The notes beneath the pieces were generated by a model. It saw only the letters and a program-made list of their open reading frames with translations. It ran no database searches and was not told the origin of the DNA. This document shows, piece by piece, positions 24,108 through 33,296 of a DNA stretch of 51,154 nt; positions within the stretch are counted from its first letter, which is position 1, and every line of letters starts with the position of its first letter. The translations under genes and the position numbers were made by a program. Where the stretch lies: IMG/VR virus record IMGVR_UViG_3300018946_000001, positions 1 to 51,154 of that record, one strand, 5' to 3'. The DNA is from a virus.

Positions 24108-24149
24108 GTGGCGATCATCTGCAAGGTGCAGGTGGTCGCCACTTTTTTT
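24108..24149 (+). terminator. Rho-independent terminator closing the island
   Basis: GTGGCGA...CTGCA-agg-TGCAG...TCGCCAC, followed by TTTTTTT. Confidence 0.8.
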
Positions 24150-24175
24150 ATACCTGTCTCAAGGAGACACACCGT

Positions 24176-24868
24176 ATGCGTTTTCGATGGCAGCCACACT
24201 ACAGTCCAGATGACGGCAAGGACGCAGGCGGCAGCACCGCCGAGCGGGTCAGCGGTAGCGATATGATCGCCCGCTACGACGGCAGCACGGTGCGTATGGC
24301 CGAGCGACTGGCGGCGCTTGAGAATGATAACTACAAGTTCCACGAGAAGAACCGCGACCTTACAGCTGAGAACGCAACCCTGAAAGGCAAGGTGCCCGCA
24401 GACGGTGCGCTTATCTTGGCTGGCGACGATGCGGCGGCCTGGGAGCAGTACAAGGCACTCGGCACGGCCAGTGATCTGAAGGCGTCCCTGGAAGGCGCTA
24501 CGACCGCACAGATGGAGCTTGCGGGGCTGAAGCGCGAGAAGGATGTTACCGCCTTCGCTGGCACCCACGGACTGAAAGCGCCGGTCTTGCTCGAACTGCT
24601 GAAGCCCGGCGAGGAACTGGTAAGCAAGGATGTTGCTGGCGCTGACGGGAAGCCTGTCAAGCAAGCCTTTATCAAAACCGCAGACGGTGAGGCACCGCTG
24701 CTTGAGAAGTACGCCCACTTCGCCCCGGCGCTGCTCGCGGAAGCCGCGAAAGACCAGCCCAAGGGCTTACCCTATCCGCGCCAGAGCAATGACGGATCTC
24801 CCCCGCGTACCGCCGCCCAGCAGCATATTGGCAATACCAAATACGCTGTGCCGGGCAAGGAGAAATAA
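24176..24868 (+). CDS. Capsid scaffolding protein (by position and coiled-coil composition)
   Basis: AAGGAG RBS. Helical, charged protein two genes upstream of the major capsid gene, with 24872-25483 between them. Confidence 0.5.
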   Translation: MRFRWQPHYSPDDGKDAGGSTAERVSGSDMIARYDGSTVRMAERLAALENDNYKFHEKNRDLTAENATLKGKVPADGALILAGDDAAAWEQYKALGTASDLKASLEGATTAQMELAGLKREKDVTAFAGTHGLKAPVLLELLKPGEELVSKDVAGADGKPVKQAFIKTADGEAPLLEKYAHFAPALLAEAAKDQPKGLPYPRQSNDGSPPRTAAQQHIGNTKYAVPGKEK

Positions 24869-24871
24869 GCA

Positions 24872-25483
24872 ATGGCCCGTATTTCACAATCCAGCAACAC
24901 GCTGACTTCGGCGGCGTGGACTGGTGATATCCTCGAACGCGATCATATGATCCCCGGCGGCGCTCGCCTCAACACGGCGAGTTTTTACCGCACCGACAGC
25001 GTGCTTGTCACCGCAGCCGCAGCCGCCCAAGGCGCAACCAGCGTCACCGTGACCGCTCTCTCCGGCGCGATCCCCAACGGCACCGTGTTGGACTTTGGCG
25101 GGGCGAAGTTCGCACGACTGACCGCCGCCGCCGCCCAGGGCGCAACCACATTGACAGTAGCGGCGCTGCCTACTGCCCTCGCGGGCGCTGAGACGGCCCG
25201 CTACACCGGCGTTGGCGTTACCACTATTCCATCTGGCACGATGCTCGGCCGTACACTCGCCGAGCGCAACGCGAGCACAGGCTACGGCCCGTGGGAGAGC
25301 GGCGACGACGAGGTGTACCTGCTCGCCTTCGATGTGACCGACCCCACCGTGAATGCTGACTGTGAGCTGTATCGCCACAACAGCATCGTCAAGGAGAATT
25401 TCCTGCCGGGCTACTCGTCGCTGTCTGCTGGCGCACTCATCGCGCTGCGGGCCGCCTATACCTGCGTCCGAGGCGCGGCATAA
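24872..25483 (+). CDS. Head-associated protein (possible decoration protein) with an internal duplication
   Basis: AAAAAQGATSVTVTALSGA and AAAAQGATTLTVAALPTA are repeated. Sits between the scaffold and capsid genes. Confidence 0.45.
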   Translation: MARISQSSNTLTSAAWTGDILERDHMIPGGARLNTASFYRTDSVLVTAAAAAQGATSVTVTALSGAIPNGTVLDFGGAKFARLTAAAAQGATTLTVAALPTALAGAETARYTGVGVTTIPSGTMLGRTLAERNASTGYGPWESGDDEVYLLAFDVTDPTVNADCELYRHNSIVKENFLPGYSSLSAGALIALRAAYTCVRGAA

Positions 25484-25495
25484 GGAGCTACCGTT

Positions 25496-26584
25496 ATGGA
25501 TTTTGCTGCGCTTGTCAACACCATGATGGCTGATGGCACGGTGACTGATCTTGCGGCAAACGCCGCTGCACAGTTTGGCATCCAGCCCCGCAACTATCTC
25601 GGCGCACAACTGCTCCCAGAGCGCACTGTGCAAGAGAACGCCTACCGCGAAGACCAGATCCGCTTTCGCACCATTATGGCCAACAGCGGGACGCGCTACA
25701 GCCCCAGCCAGAAAAAGGCGGGCGAGATCGCGGGATCATTCCTGGTAGAGCTTGGCAACTCCGACATCCTGCGGGAGTTTACGGCCCGCGACCTCGACGG
25801 CCTGATCCGTGTGCTGGGGCAGAACCTGGACATGCAGGCTGCTGTCACGCTGATCAACTGGCTGGATCGCACGGTCAACATGGCCCTAGCCGAACTGAAC
25901 GAGAAGCAGCGGTGGGATGCCATTGTTGACGCCCTGGTGATTCGCACCGGCGACAACGAGTACACCGAGTCGGTAGCATACAGCAACCCGACAAATCACC
26001 GGGCTGCCGCTGGTGGGGCGTGGTCAACCGACAGCTACGACCCGTTTGCTGACATTCTGGCAATGGCCGATCTGCTCCAGGGCAAGGGTTACACCGTCAA
26101 CCGGATGATCACTAGCCGCACGGTGCTGTCGATCCTGGCAGGCAATGACAAGGTGAAGGCCCGCGTGGGCGTAGCGGTCATCAACCCGTCAGGACAGATC
26201 ACCAGCGCGGCGGGGCGTGCCAGCAACGACGCCATCAACAACGCCCTAAATCGTGATGGGCTGCCCCCTATTGAGACCTACGATCTGCAATACCGCACGC
26301 AGATTGGCACCGACTACTTCCTCGATCGCGGTTCATTCGTTCTGCTGGCGACAACCGGACGCGATGAAACCATCGACGTAGGTAACACCGAAACACTCAC
26401 CATGCAAGACACGCTCGGCTATGTGGCCATGGGCCGCGCTGCTGGTCAGGGTGCCCCCGGTCGCGTGCTGCGGCTAGAGGCTCGCGACGACAAGCCACCC
26501 CGCATCATCGGTGAAGGATGGCAAACCAGCCTGCCGGTGATCTTGGAGCCGGAAGCCATCGCGGTGATCAACACCATTAGCTAA
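25496..26584 (+). CDS. Major capsid protein (lambda gpE-like family)
   Basis: 362 aa. N-terminal LPERTVQENAYREDQIRFRTI... pattern plus position. Confidence 0.75.
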   Translation: MDFAALVNTMMADGTVTDLAANAAAQFGIQPRNYLGAQLLPERTVQENAYREDQIRFRTIMANSGTRYSPSQKKAGEIAGSFLVELGNSDILREFTARDLDGLIRVLGQNLDMQAAVTLINWLDRTVNMALAELNEKQRWDAIVDALVIRTGDNEYTESVAYSNPTNHRAAAGGAWSTDSYDPFADILAMADLLQGKGYTVNRMITSRTVLSILAGNDKVKARVGVAVINPSGQITSAAGRASNDAINNALNRDGLPPIETYDLQYRTQIGTDYFLDRGSFVLLATTGRDETIDVGNTETLTMQDTLGYVAMGRAAGQGAPGRVLRLEARDDKPPRIIGEGWQTSLPVILEPEAIAVINTIS

Positions 26585-26594
26585 GGAGGCACGG

Positions 26595-26972
26595 ATGGGC
26601 ACACGACTATTATTTGGGCTCCACATCATGCTTGGTCTGTTGCTGGCGCTGATCGCTGCGCTGCCGAAGGTCAACCTGGACCGGGCTTACATCTTCGGTG
26701 GTAAGTTCTTCGGCCCCGGCGAAGCTGACGTGCCACAAGAGCTTGCCGACGCGCTGAAAGCTCGCCAGCAGAAAGAACAGGGCACTATAGTGCCGGAGCA
26801 ATCATCAACCCTTCACACGCTCCCTGATGATTTTCCAGGCGCGGGAGCGCTTCGCGAGGCGGGCTTTACTACGATTGAACAAGTACAGACCGCAACCGAT
26901 AATCAACTGAACAGCGTCAAGGGCATCGGCACGGCGTTACTCAAGCAGATACGTGAAGCGGCAAAGGAGTAG
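26595..26972 (+). CDS. Hypothetical protein: N-terminal TM/signal, GPGE-DVPQE motif, C-terminal helix-hairpin-helix
   Basis: AAGGAGG RBS. GKFFGPGEADVPQELADAL. LNSVKGIGTALLKQIREA. Confidence 0.5.
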   Translation: MGTRLLFGLHIMLGLLLALIAALPKVNLDRAYIFGGKFFGPGEADVPQELADALKARQQKEQGTIVPEQSSTLHTLPDDFPGAGALREAGFTTIEQVQTATDNQLNSVKGIGTALLKQIREAAKE

Positions 26973-26975
26973 CCC

Positions 26976-27170
26976 ATGCCAGTAGCAAGACTGAGCCAAA
27001 CATACACCTACAAAGGCAAAACCTACGGCCCCGGCGAGGTGGATGTACCACAAGAGGTTCTCGACGCGATCAGGGAGCACCGGCAGGCAGGCCGGGCCGA
27101 CCTGGACATAACGCCCGCTCCCACGACTGAGAAGCGCCGGGCCGAAGACAAGCCGAAGGATGGCGCGTAA
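26976..27170 (+). CDS. Small protein sharing the GPGE-DVPQE motif
   Basis: GKTYGPGEVDVPQEVLDAI. Confidence 0.5.
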   Translation: MPVARLSQTYTYKGKTYGPGEVDVPQEVLDAIREHRQAGRADLDITPAPTTEKRRAEDKPKDGA

Positions 27171-27568
27171 TGGCAACGTCATTCGATCCGGCGCTCAGCA
27201 CGCCCCGCGATTGGCTGCGGTTCCAGCTCGGCGACACCAATGTGTACATCGAGAAGGCCGACGACGCCGACCCGTTGACGCTGCCGGTCGATGATGCAGT
27301 CTACGACGGGGTGTTGGCCCGGCACAGTGGCGACGAGCGGCTGAGTGCAATCTATTTGTCCGAGGCATTCATTGCCAAGTACGCGCAAATGCCAAACCAG
27401 GCCGCTATTACCAATGTCAAGTCTGCCGAGTGGAGATACCGTCTTGACGCATGGAAGGCACTCTCTGCACGACTGCGAGCAGAGATCGCTACAGAAGCAA
27501 GCGTAGACACTGCCATCCCCAGCAGTCCACGTGGCACGGTGGCGGTGCCTATCACATCGGTGTGGTGA
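27170..27568 (+). CDS. Putative head-tail connector protein
   Basis: Position in the neck module. TAATG overlap start. Confidence 0.4.
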   Translation: MATSFDPALSTPRDWLRFQLGDTNVYIEKADDADPLTLPVDDAVYDGVLARHSGDERLSAIYLSEAFIAKYAQMPNQAAITNVKSAEWRYRLDAWKALSARLRAEIATEASVDTAIPSSPRGTVAVPITSVW

Positions 27569-27571
27569 TGT

Positions 27572-27892
27572 ATGGAGTTTTTTCCACCTGAGACAATCGC
27601 AGACTTTGCGGCCATCAACGCCGATGCGCTTGATACCACCATTCGCATCAAGCGCGGGGAAACCGTGCTACCTGCACAGCCAGCGCTGTTGAGCGTGCAT
27701 CAGAGCCAGCCGAGTATCCAGCGGAGCGCAACCGGGGAAAAAGTTCAGATCGACGGTGAGGTGCGCGGGCTGCCAAATCTGAACATTGCCATTGGTGACA
27801 TCTTCGTTCACGGCGGCGTCAGGTTTCGCGTGGTGTTCGTGCGACCGGATCGCAGTGTTGCGACGATTGCAGAAGTGGCACTTACGAAATGA
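27572..27892 (+). CDS. Putative head-closure / head-tail joining protein
   Basis: Position and size (106 aa). Confidence 0.4.
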   Translation: MEFFPPETIADFAAINADALDTTIRIKRGETVLPAQPALLSVHQSQPSIQRSATGEKVQIDGEVRGLPNLNIAIGDIFVHGGVRFRVVFVRPDRSVATIAEVALTK

Positions 27893-28230
27893 TCAAGTGG
27901 GATCGTGCTCCAACTGAACTTGACTTCGACGGCTATCTGCGCCGACTGCGGCAAGAGGCATACGCGGCTGGCGATGCGATCGCGGCAATGGCACAGGCGG
28001 AGATGCGGCAGAACCATCCCTGGAAGAACGACACAGGGGCGGCGGAAGCAGGACTCGTGGGCGTGTGTGTGAAGGAGCTTGATCGGATAGCCATCCTCTT
28101 TGGACACACGGTTCCCTATGGTCCACCGCTAGAGTATGCCAGGGGTGGACGCCTCGCTATCATCGGGCCAACGCTTGACAAGCTCTTGCCGGTGGCACGG
28201 CGCATCTTCACGGGCCTGGTGGTCAAGTGA
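27889..28230 (+). CDS. HK97 gp10-like tail-component protein
   Basis: ATGA overlap. NHPWKNDTGAAEAGL resembles the gp10-family P-x-DTG-L motif. Confidence 0.55.
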   Translation: MIKWDRAPTELDFDGYLRRLRQEAYAAGDAIAAMAQAEMRQNHPWKNDTGAAEAGLVGVCVKELDRIAILFGHTVPYGPPLEYARGGRLAIIGPTLDKLLPVARRIFTGLVVK

Positions 28231-28646
28231 AAGACGAAGTGTTTGCACGCCTGAGCAACGATGCAACGATGATCGGGCTACTCCCGGGCGGTATCTACGA
28301 TGCGGAAGTAGTTGACGAGATCAGCGAACAGAAGACGCCCGCCGCCTATGATACGGATTGGTTGAGCTTTCGGCCCTGCATGTTGGTCAAGCAGGGGGCA
28401 ATTGTCACCGATGGCCCAGTACCTACAGCGACCCGGCAGACCATCACCTTGTACTTTTACCAGCCGCGAGGCTCCAGTATCATTAACCAGGCCCGCAAAC
28501 GAGCCTTCGCGCTGTTGCACGATATTCGACTCACGCCCGCGAGTGGCGGTGCCTACGAGCTACAGCACACTGACAGCATTCTCACGGTTGACGATGTGCT
28601 TGATACACAACTCTGGGTCAGTCGCTATGCGGTCTACACCACATAA
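28227..28646 (+). CDS. Putative tail terminator/completion protein
   Basis: GTGA overlap. Located directly upstream of the major tail gene. Confidence 0.45.
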   Translation: MKDEVFARLSNDATMIGLLPGGIYDAEVVDEISEQKTPAAYDTDWLSFRPCMLVKQGAIVTDGPVPTATRQTITLYFYQPRGSSIINQARKRAFALLHDIRLTPASGGAYELQHTDSILTVDDVLDTQLWVSRYAVYTT

Positions 28647-28658
28647 GGACACCTAACT

Positions 28659-29183
28659 ATGGCTATCGATGGAAATGTAACAGTCCGTGGCTTACGGGAG
28701 ATCAGGGTCAAGCGGGGGCTACAGACTGCGATCCTTCCCGCTGCGCAGACTCTGAAGTTCACTGAGCGAGTCACCGCAGCCGAACTGCGCGGCAACGACA
28801 AAGTTGTTGACAGCAGCACATTTGTGGAAGCAATCGACTTCCAGATCACGGAGGGCGGTATTCCGCTTGAAGCCTACGCAATCATGACCGGGCGCACATT
28901 GGTGGCGGCTGGTACAGGTACGGCGGAAACCATGACTATGACTGTCAAGGCTGGCGATATATATCCGTATTTCACCCTCTACGGCAAGAGCATCGGCAAC
29001 GTGGGCGATGATGTACACGTGAAGTTGTTCAACTGCAAGCTCACTGCCGGTATGGACGGTACACTGGCGGACGGTGCTTACTACATCACCACGATCAGTG
29101 GCGTGGCCGTTGACGACGGCACAGGCAACCTGATGGACATTGTACGCAATGAGACCGCCATTGACTTGGCCTTCCCCGCATAG
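28659..29183 (+). CDS. Major tail protein
   Basis: 174 aa. Position upstream of the chaperone pair and TMP. Followed by a strong hairpin. Confidence 0.6.
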   Translation: MAIDGNVTVRGLREIRVKRGLQTAILPAAQTLKFTERVTAAELRGNDKVVDSSTFVEAIDFQITEGGIPLEAYAIMTGRTLVAAGTGTAETMTMTVKAGDIYPYFTLYGKSIGNVGDDVHVKLFNCKLTAGMDGTLADGAYYITTISGVAVDDGTGNLMDIVRNETAIDLAFPA

Positions 29184-29187
29184 CGCT

Positions 29188-29217
29188 GAAGGCGACAGGA
29201 ACGTTCCTGTCGCCTTC
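29188..29217 (+). terminator. Perfect 30-nt palindromic hairpin after the major tail gene
   Basis: GAAGGCGACAGGAAC / GTTCCTGTCGCCTTC. No strong U-tract, so it may act as an attenuator or stabiliser. Confidence 0.5.
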
Positions 29218-29231
29218 GTTGGAGCAATCCT

Positions 29232-29723
29232 ATGGACAACACGCTCACACACGACGGTGCTACTGCGCTCCAGGAAGCGATTGCCGCCATGCACGCCTGG
29301 CGCAAGCAGCGCACGGGCGAGTTAACCCTGAGCAGTGGCCTCAAGGTAACAGTCAAGAAAATATCAATGTTGACTGTGGCAGCCTTGGGCATCATCCCCA
29401 CGCCGCTGGTGGATATGGCGCAGACCCTGATTGACAGTCCTGGCAAGCTAAAGCTAGATATTGCCCGCTTCGCGGAGTACTCCGGCGTGGTCAACATCGT
29501 GGTGAAAGCGGCCGTGGTGCTGCCTCCGATTGCAGATGAGGGGGATGCAGAGCACATCGGCATCAACGAGATCCCAATTGAGGATCGTATAGCCATCTTC
29601 AACTGGGCGCAATTGGAGGGTGCGCCGCTTGTTCCCTTTTCTGGCGAGCCCGAAGGCAACGAGCCTGCTGCACGCCGTAGCCAGCGCGTATCACGTCCGG
29701 CCGAGCCAGCTATTGCGGGGTGA
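29232..29723 (+). CDS. Tail assembly chaperone (G-like)
   Basis: Position between the major tail protein and TMP. Overlapped at the 3' end by an ORF that ends 1 nt before the TMP start. Confidence 0.6.
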   Translation: MDNTLTHDGATALQEAIAAMHAWRKQRTGELTLSSGLKVTVKKISMLTVAALGIIPTPLVDMAQTLIDSPGKLKLDIARFAEYSGVVNIVVKAAVVLPPIADEGDAEHIGINEIPIEDRIAIFNWAQLEGAPLVPFSGEPEGNEPAARRSQRVSRPAEPAIAG

Positions 29724-29883
29724 GTGGGATGATTTCCAGATCGACCTAGCCGTGCTGCTTAATAGTTACGAACGGGCCCCAGATAAGGCAGTGACAGCAG
29801 CGCTTCCGCCAAACTCTAGTGGGTATGCGCCGGTACGGGGCAACATTCGCACGATCCAGATGCCAGCAGATGGGATGTGGTAG
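29620..29883 (+). CDS. Frameshift extension of the tail assembly chaperone (T-like part of G-T)
   Basis: Open in the +1 frame relative to G. No plausible start of its own. T-run CCC TTT TCT at 29634-29642. Confidence 0.45.
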   Translation: MRRLFPFLASPKATSLLHAVASAYHVRPSQLLRGEWDDFQIDLAVLLNSYERAPDKAVTAALPPNSSGYAPVRGNIRTIQMPADGMW

Positions 29884-32800
29884 ATGACTGACGGTTTCAC
29901 CGCAAAAGGCAGTATCGAAATTGACCTATCGTCTCTCTCCCGTAGTGTGGCTACGGCGAAGGGACAGATGGGTCAATTTGAGCAGGCAGCCGAGAAAGCC
30001 GCCGCCAAAGCCACGGCGTTGAATGCGCGGGCCGATCAACTCACCATATCTGTTGGCCTACAAGCGCGGCAGTTAGTCATCCTGCAAGGGGAACTGGCGA
30101 AGACCACAACCAAGTACGGCGAGGGGTCAAGCCAAGTTGAGCGCAAGAAGCTCCAGATTGATCGACTCACCGCGAGTATGCAGCAGAACACGCAGCAGAT
30201 CGGGGCGCTTCGTAGCCAAGCGGGTGGACTCACGGGCGGCTTTGGACAGGCAGAGAGCGGGGCAAGCAAACTCCGTAGTGGCCTCGGCGGGTTACAGTCG
30301 GCACTCGGTGCGGTAGGGATTGCGTTTGGAGCGGCGGAAGCTATACAGTTTACCAAAGCGGCTATAGATAGTGCTAACGAGTTAGAGACCACCCAGGCCG
30401 TGATGCTGCAACTGTCAGGCAGCCAGAACAAATACAACGAGATCGTTGCATTGGCTACGGAAAATCAGCGGCTCTTTGGTGGCAGCCTGAACGCGAACCT
30501 GCAACCGATGAACGCCCTGTTGCAGATGAGCAATCGTACCGGAGCATCCATTGCCGACCTCAACAAGATTACATCCCTCCTGCAAGCATCAGCCCCTGGT
30601 AAATCGGCAGGCGATGCGGCCTTCTCCGTCTCTGAGTTCTTGAGCAATAACGGCGCAGAAGCGGCGCTCTCTCTTGCTGACCAGTTCAACCTACCCAAGA
30701 ATGCCCTTACTGAACTGGCGCAAGCTGAGAACGACGCTGAGTCGCGCATCACGGGCTTGACACGATTGCTTGCTGAGCAGGGCGTGACGGCTGAGACCCT
30801 AGCAGCCAGTACCAATACAACTGCCCAAACTTATCGCGATCTTGGACAAGAAGTGGAAGAACTGACGGGCAAGTATGGGGCGCTGGCATCCAAGGGGCTA
30901 GAACCCGCTACCATTGGTGCCACAAACTTACTGAAAGCGTTACAAGGTGATAGCTCGGCAGCCTATGCATCGTTAGACGCACGCAGTTCGCAGGCATTTG
31001 CACTGCTGGACTCCCTTGGGAAATCCGCAGAGGAGTATCTTGGTCTTCGAGAAAAGATTGCCGCCACAGATGGTACGCCACCAACACAAGTCACCTTCAC
31101 CACCACAAGCATGTACACGGAACAGTATGAGGACGACCTGCGCCGACGTACTGCTGCCGAACTCGTTGCCGCTGGGAAAACGAAGGAGGCACTTGCGCTT
31201 ATGCGCGAGGCCGGCGGACTGACCAAGGATGAGCTTGAGAAGCTTGACAAAGAGATTGTCAAGGCCGAAGAAGCGGGCGCGAAAGCCTTCCTCGCCATCG
31301 CAGAAGCGGAAGCCGAATACCAGGCCGATCGCACAGAAGCCGCCGCCGAGAACACCGAGAAGATCGCCGATATTGAAGACGATCTCGCAAAGAAGCGGGC
31401 AGCATTCACCCGCGAGCAGGCGGCTGCGGAGGCACAGGCAGCACAGAAGCTCAAGGATATCCGCGCCGATCTCGGCCGCAAACTCGAAGATATTGACCAG
31501 GGCACGGCGAAACGCCTTGCTGACATTGCCAACAAAGCCCGCGAGGTCCAGGCCCAGGCGTATCGCCAACTGCAAAATGACATCGCCAGCAGCAGCGTTG
31601 ATATGCTGGCCTCACAGGAAGCCAACGACCTGGATCTGCCCGGCGCGAAGGGCAAGAGCAAGGTTGACCTGGGGCGGCGCGAGGCGGCGGAAGACAGGCT
31701 CAGAGAGCGCACCGAGGCGGCCCAGGCCGAGGCGCGAGACCGCGCCGCCAATGGCGATGCAGAGAGTGCCCGCGAGGTGCTGGGGATACGCCAGGATGCC
31801 ATCGGAAAGCAACTTGCACTCGAAGAAACCTATGAGCGCCGGAAGGCAGAGCTACGAAAGAACCCCGCAGCCCTCGCAGCGCTAGAGACTGAGTATCAAG
31901 AGGCGGCGGCAGCCGCACGGGATGCGGAGAACACCCGTGTGCAACTCGCCGAGCAATCCGCAGCCCAACGCAATGCCGAACGGGAGGCCGAGCGGCAGGC
32001 GGTGCTTGCCGCTGCCGCCGAACAGCGAGCCGCTGCACGAGAAGTGGCCGCTATTCAGATAGCCGCCGCGCAAGAGTCGATCCGGTTGCAGCGCGAGGAG
32101 ATCGCGCAGAAGCGCCAAGCCGAGCAGGACGCAGCCGCAGAAGCGAAAGCCCTACAAGCCGCTGCGTTCGCTGAAGAAGAACGTCAGGCAGCGGCGGCTC
32201 ACGCGAAAGAACAAGCCGAGTTGCGCGAACATCTGGGCAGGACGCTTATTGAGCGTGTGCGTTTCGAGGGGGAGGCGGCTGGCCTCAGTGGCGAGCAGAT
32301 AGATAAGATTACACAGTATTACGCAGAGCAATACGGCGTCCAGTTATCAGATGCCGAGAAGTTCTATGGCGAATATGCCGATCTCGCAAAGGAGTTGGTT
32401 GCTACAGGCGGCAAAGACCTTGAGGCGTACGCGGATAAGTTTGCGGCAATTGAGAAGAAGGCGAACGATGTCACAGCGGCGGTCAACGGCATCCCAACTG
32501 AGGTAAAAACGACCGTCACCTTCACGACGATCCAAGAAGGATCTGCGCTCCAAGAGCAGCGAGCAGGGGAGCGCAACCCCGAAGGCCGCGCCCTCGGCGG
32601 GCCGGTCAATCCAAACACTCTCTACGAAGTTGCCGAAGGCGGGATACCAGAGATCCTGGACGTAGGCGGAAAAACCTACCTGATGATGGGCCGCAGTGCT
32701 GGTGTTGTTGTTCCAGCCGCCGCCAGTGCTGCGGCTGCGAGCATCGCGGGGCGCACGGCCACGAGTACGGGAGCAGCCGCAGCGGCGGGTGGAGCCGCGC

Positions 32801-32940
32801 CATCGCTAACGATACAGATTAACAATCCTGTAGTGAGCGAGGCGGCACAGATCCAGCAACTGGCTGATCGCATTGCAGATGTAGCCGTAGAGAGAATGTT
32901 TGGCGGGCTAGAGCCAGCGCTACGAGCAGGGACACGCTAA
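29884..32940 (+). CDS. Tape measure protein
   Basis: 1018 aa with an A/E/Q-rich coiled coil, after the chaperone pair. Confidence 0.85.
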   Translation: MTDGFTAKGSIEIDLSSLSRSVATAKGQMGQFEQAAEKAAAKATALNARADQLTISVGLQARQLVILQGELAKTTTKYGEGSSQVERKKLQIDRLTASMQQNTQQIGALRSQAGGLTGGFGQAESGASKLRSGLGGLQSALGAVGIAFGAAEAIQFTKAAIDSANELETTQAVMLQLSGSQNKYNEIVALATENQRLFGGSLNANLQPMNALLQMSNRTGASIADLNKITSLLQASAPGKSAGDAAFSVSEFLSNNGAEAALSLADQFNLPKNALTELAQAENDAESRITGLTRLLAEQGVTAETLAASTNTTAQTYRDLGQEVEELTGKYGALASKGLEPATIGATNLLKALQGDSSAAYASLDARSSQAFALLDSLGKSAEEYLGLREKIAATDGTPPTQVTFTTTSMYTEQYEDDLRRRTAAELVAAGKTKEALALMREAGGLTKDELEKLDKEIVKAEEAGAKAFLAIAEAEAEYQADRTEAAAENTEKIADIEDDLAKKRAAFTREQAAAEAQAAQKLKDIRADLGRKLEDIDQGTAKRLADIANKAREVQAQAYRQLQNDIASSSVDMLASQEANDLDLPGAKGKSKVDLGRREAAEDRLRERTEAAQAEARDRAANGDAESAREVLGIRQDAIGKQLALEETYERRKAELRKNPAALAALETEYQEAAAAARDAENTRVQLAEQSAAQRNAEREAERQAVLAAAAEQRAAAREVAAIQIAAAQESIRLQREEIAQKRQAEQDAAAEAKALQAAAFAEEERQAAAAHAKEQAELREHLGRTLIERVRFEGEAAGLSGEQIDKITQYYAEQYGVQLSDAEKFYGEYADLAKELVATGGKDLEAYADKFAAIEKKANDVTAAVNGIPTEVKTTVTFTTIQEGSALQEQRAGERNPEGRALGGPVNPNTLYEVAEGGIPEILDVGGKTYLMMGRSAGVVVPAAASAAAASIAGRTATSTGAAAAAGGAAPSLTIQINNPVVSEAAQIQQLADRIADVAVERMFGGLEPALRAGTR

Positions 32941-33296
32941 TGGCAACCTGGACATTCGAGGGGGCAACCTTCCACTGGCTTCGCAACGGTGAAACTATGC
33001 CGATCTGGAAACGCAAGCCACGCACACAGGTGTTGGCTTTTGCCGGAACTGCCGATGCGGAGATTGCCACCAGTGGATCGGAGCCCTACACCATCAATGG
33101 GCCAATCTGGATACCGACGCCTGCCGACTACGCACTCATGGAGGCGGCGAACGGCGGGCCGGGCACGATCTCAGATGGCACCGATAACTGGACGGCAGTG
33201 CTTGCCCTGGATGTAGACTATCGCGCGCCATCAGCCGCCGCCGCTGGCTACAGTGGCACCGCAACGTTTATACGCCCCGTGGCAAACGAATCATAA
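32940..33296 (+). CDS. Small distal tail protein
   Basis: TAATG overlap to TMP. 118 aa. Confidence 0.45.
   Translation: MATWTFEGATFHWLRNGETMPIWKRKPRTQVLAFAGTADAEIATSGSEPYTINGPIWIPTPADYALMEAANGGPGTISDGTDNWTAVLALDVDYRAPSAAAAGYSGTATFIRPVANES

Noticed and set aside
30963-31802. 279-aa and other long minus-strand ORFs inside the tape-measure gene. Similar shadows occur at 24056-24718, 24884-25633, 21020-21868, 17920-18645, 15704-16405 and 28719-29659.
   Set aside because: These are S/A/R-rich antisense frames of high-GC, A/E-rich coding sequence. They lack RBSs and are incompatible with the clear + strand genes.
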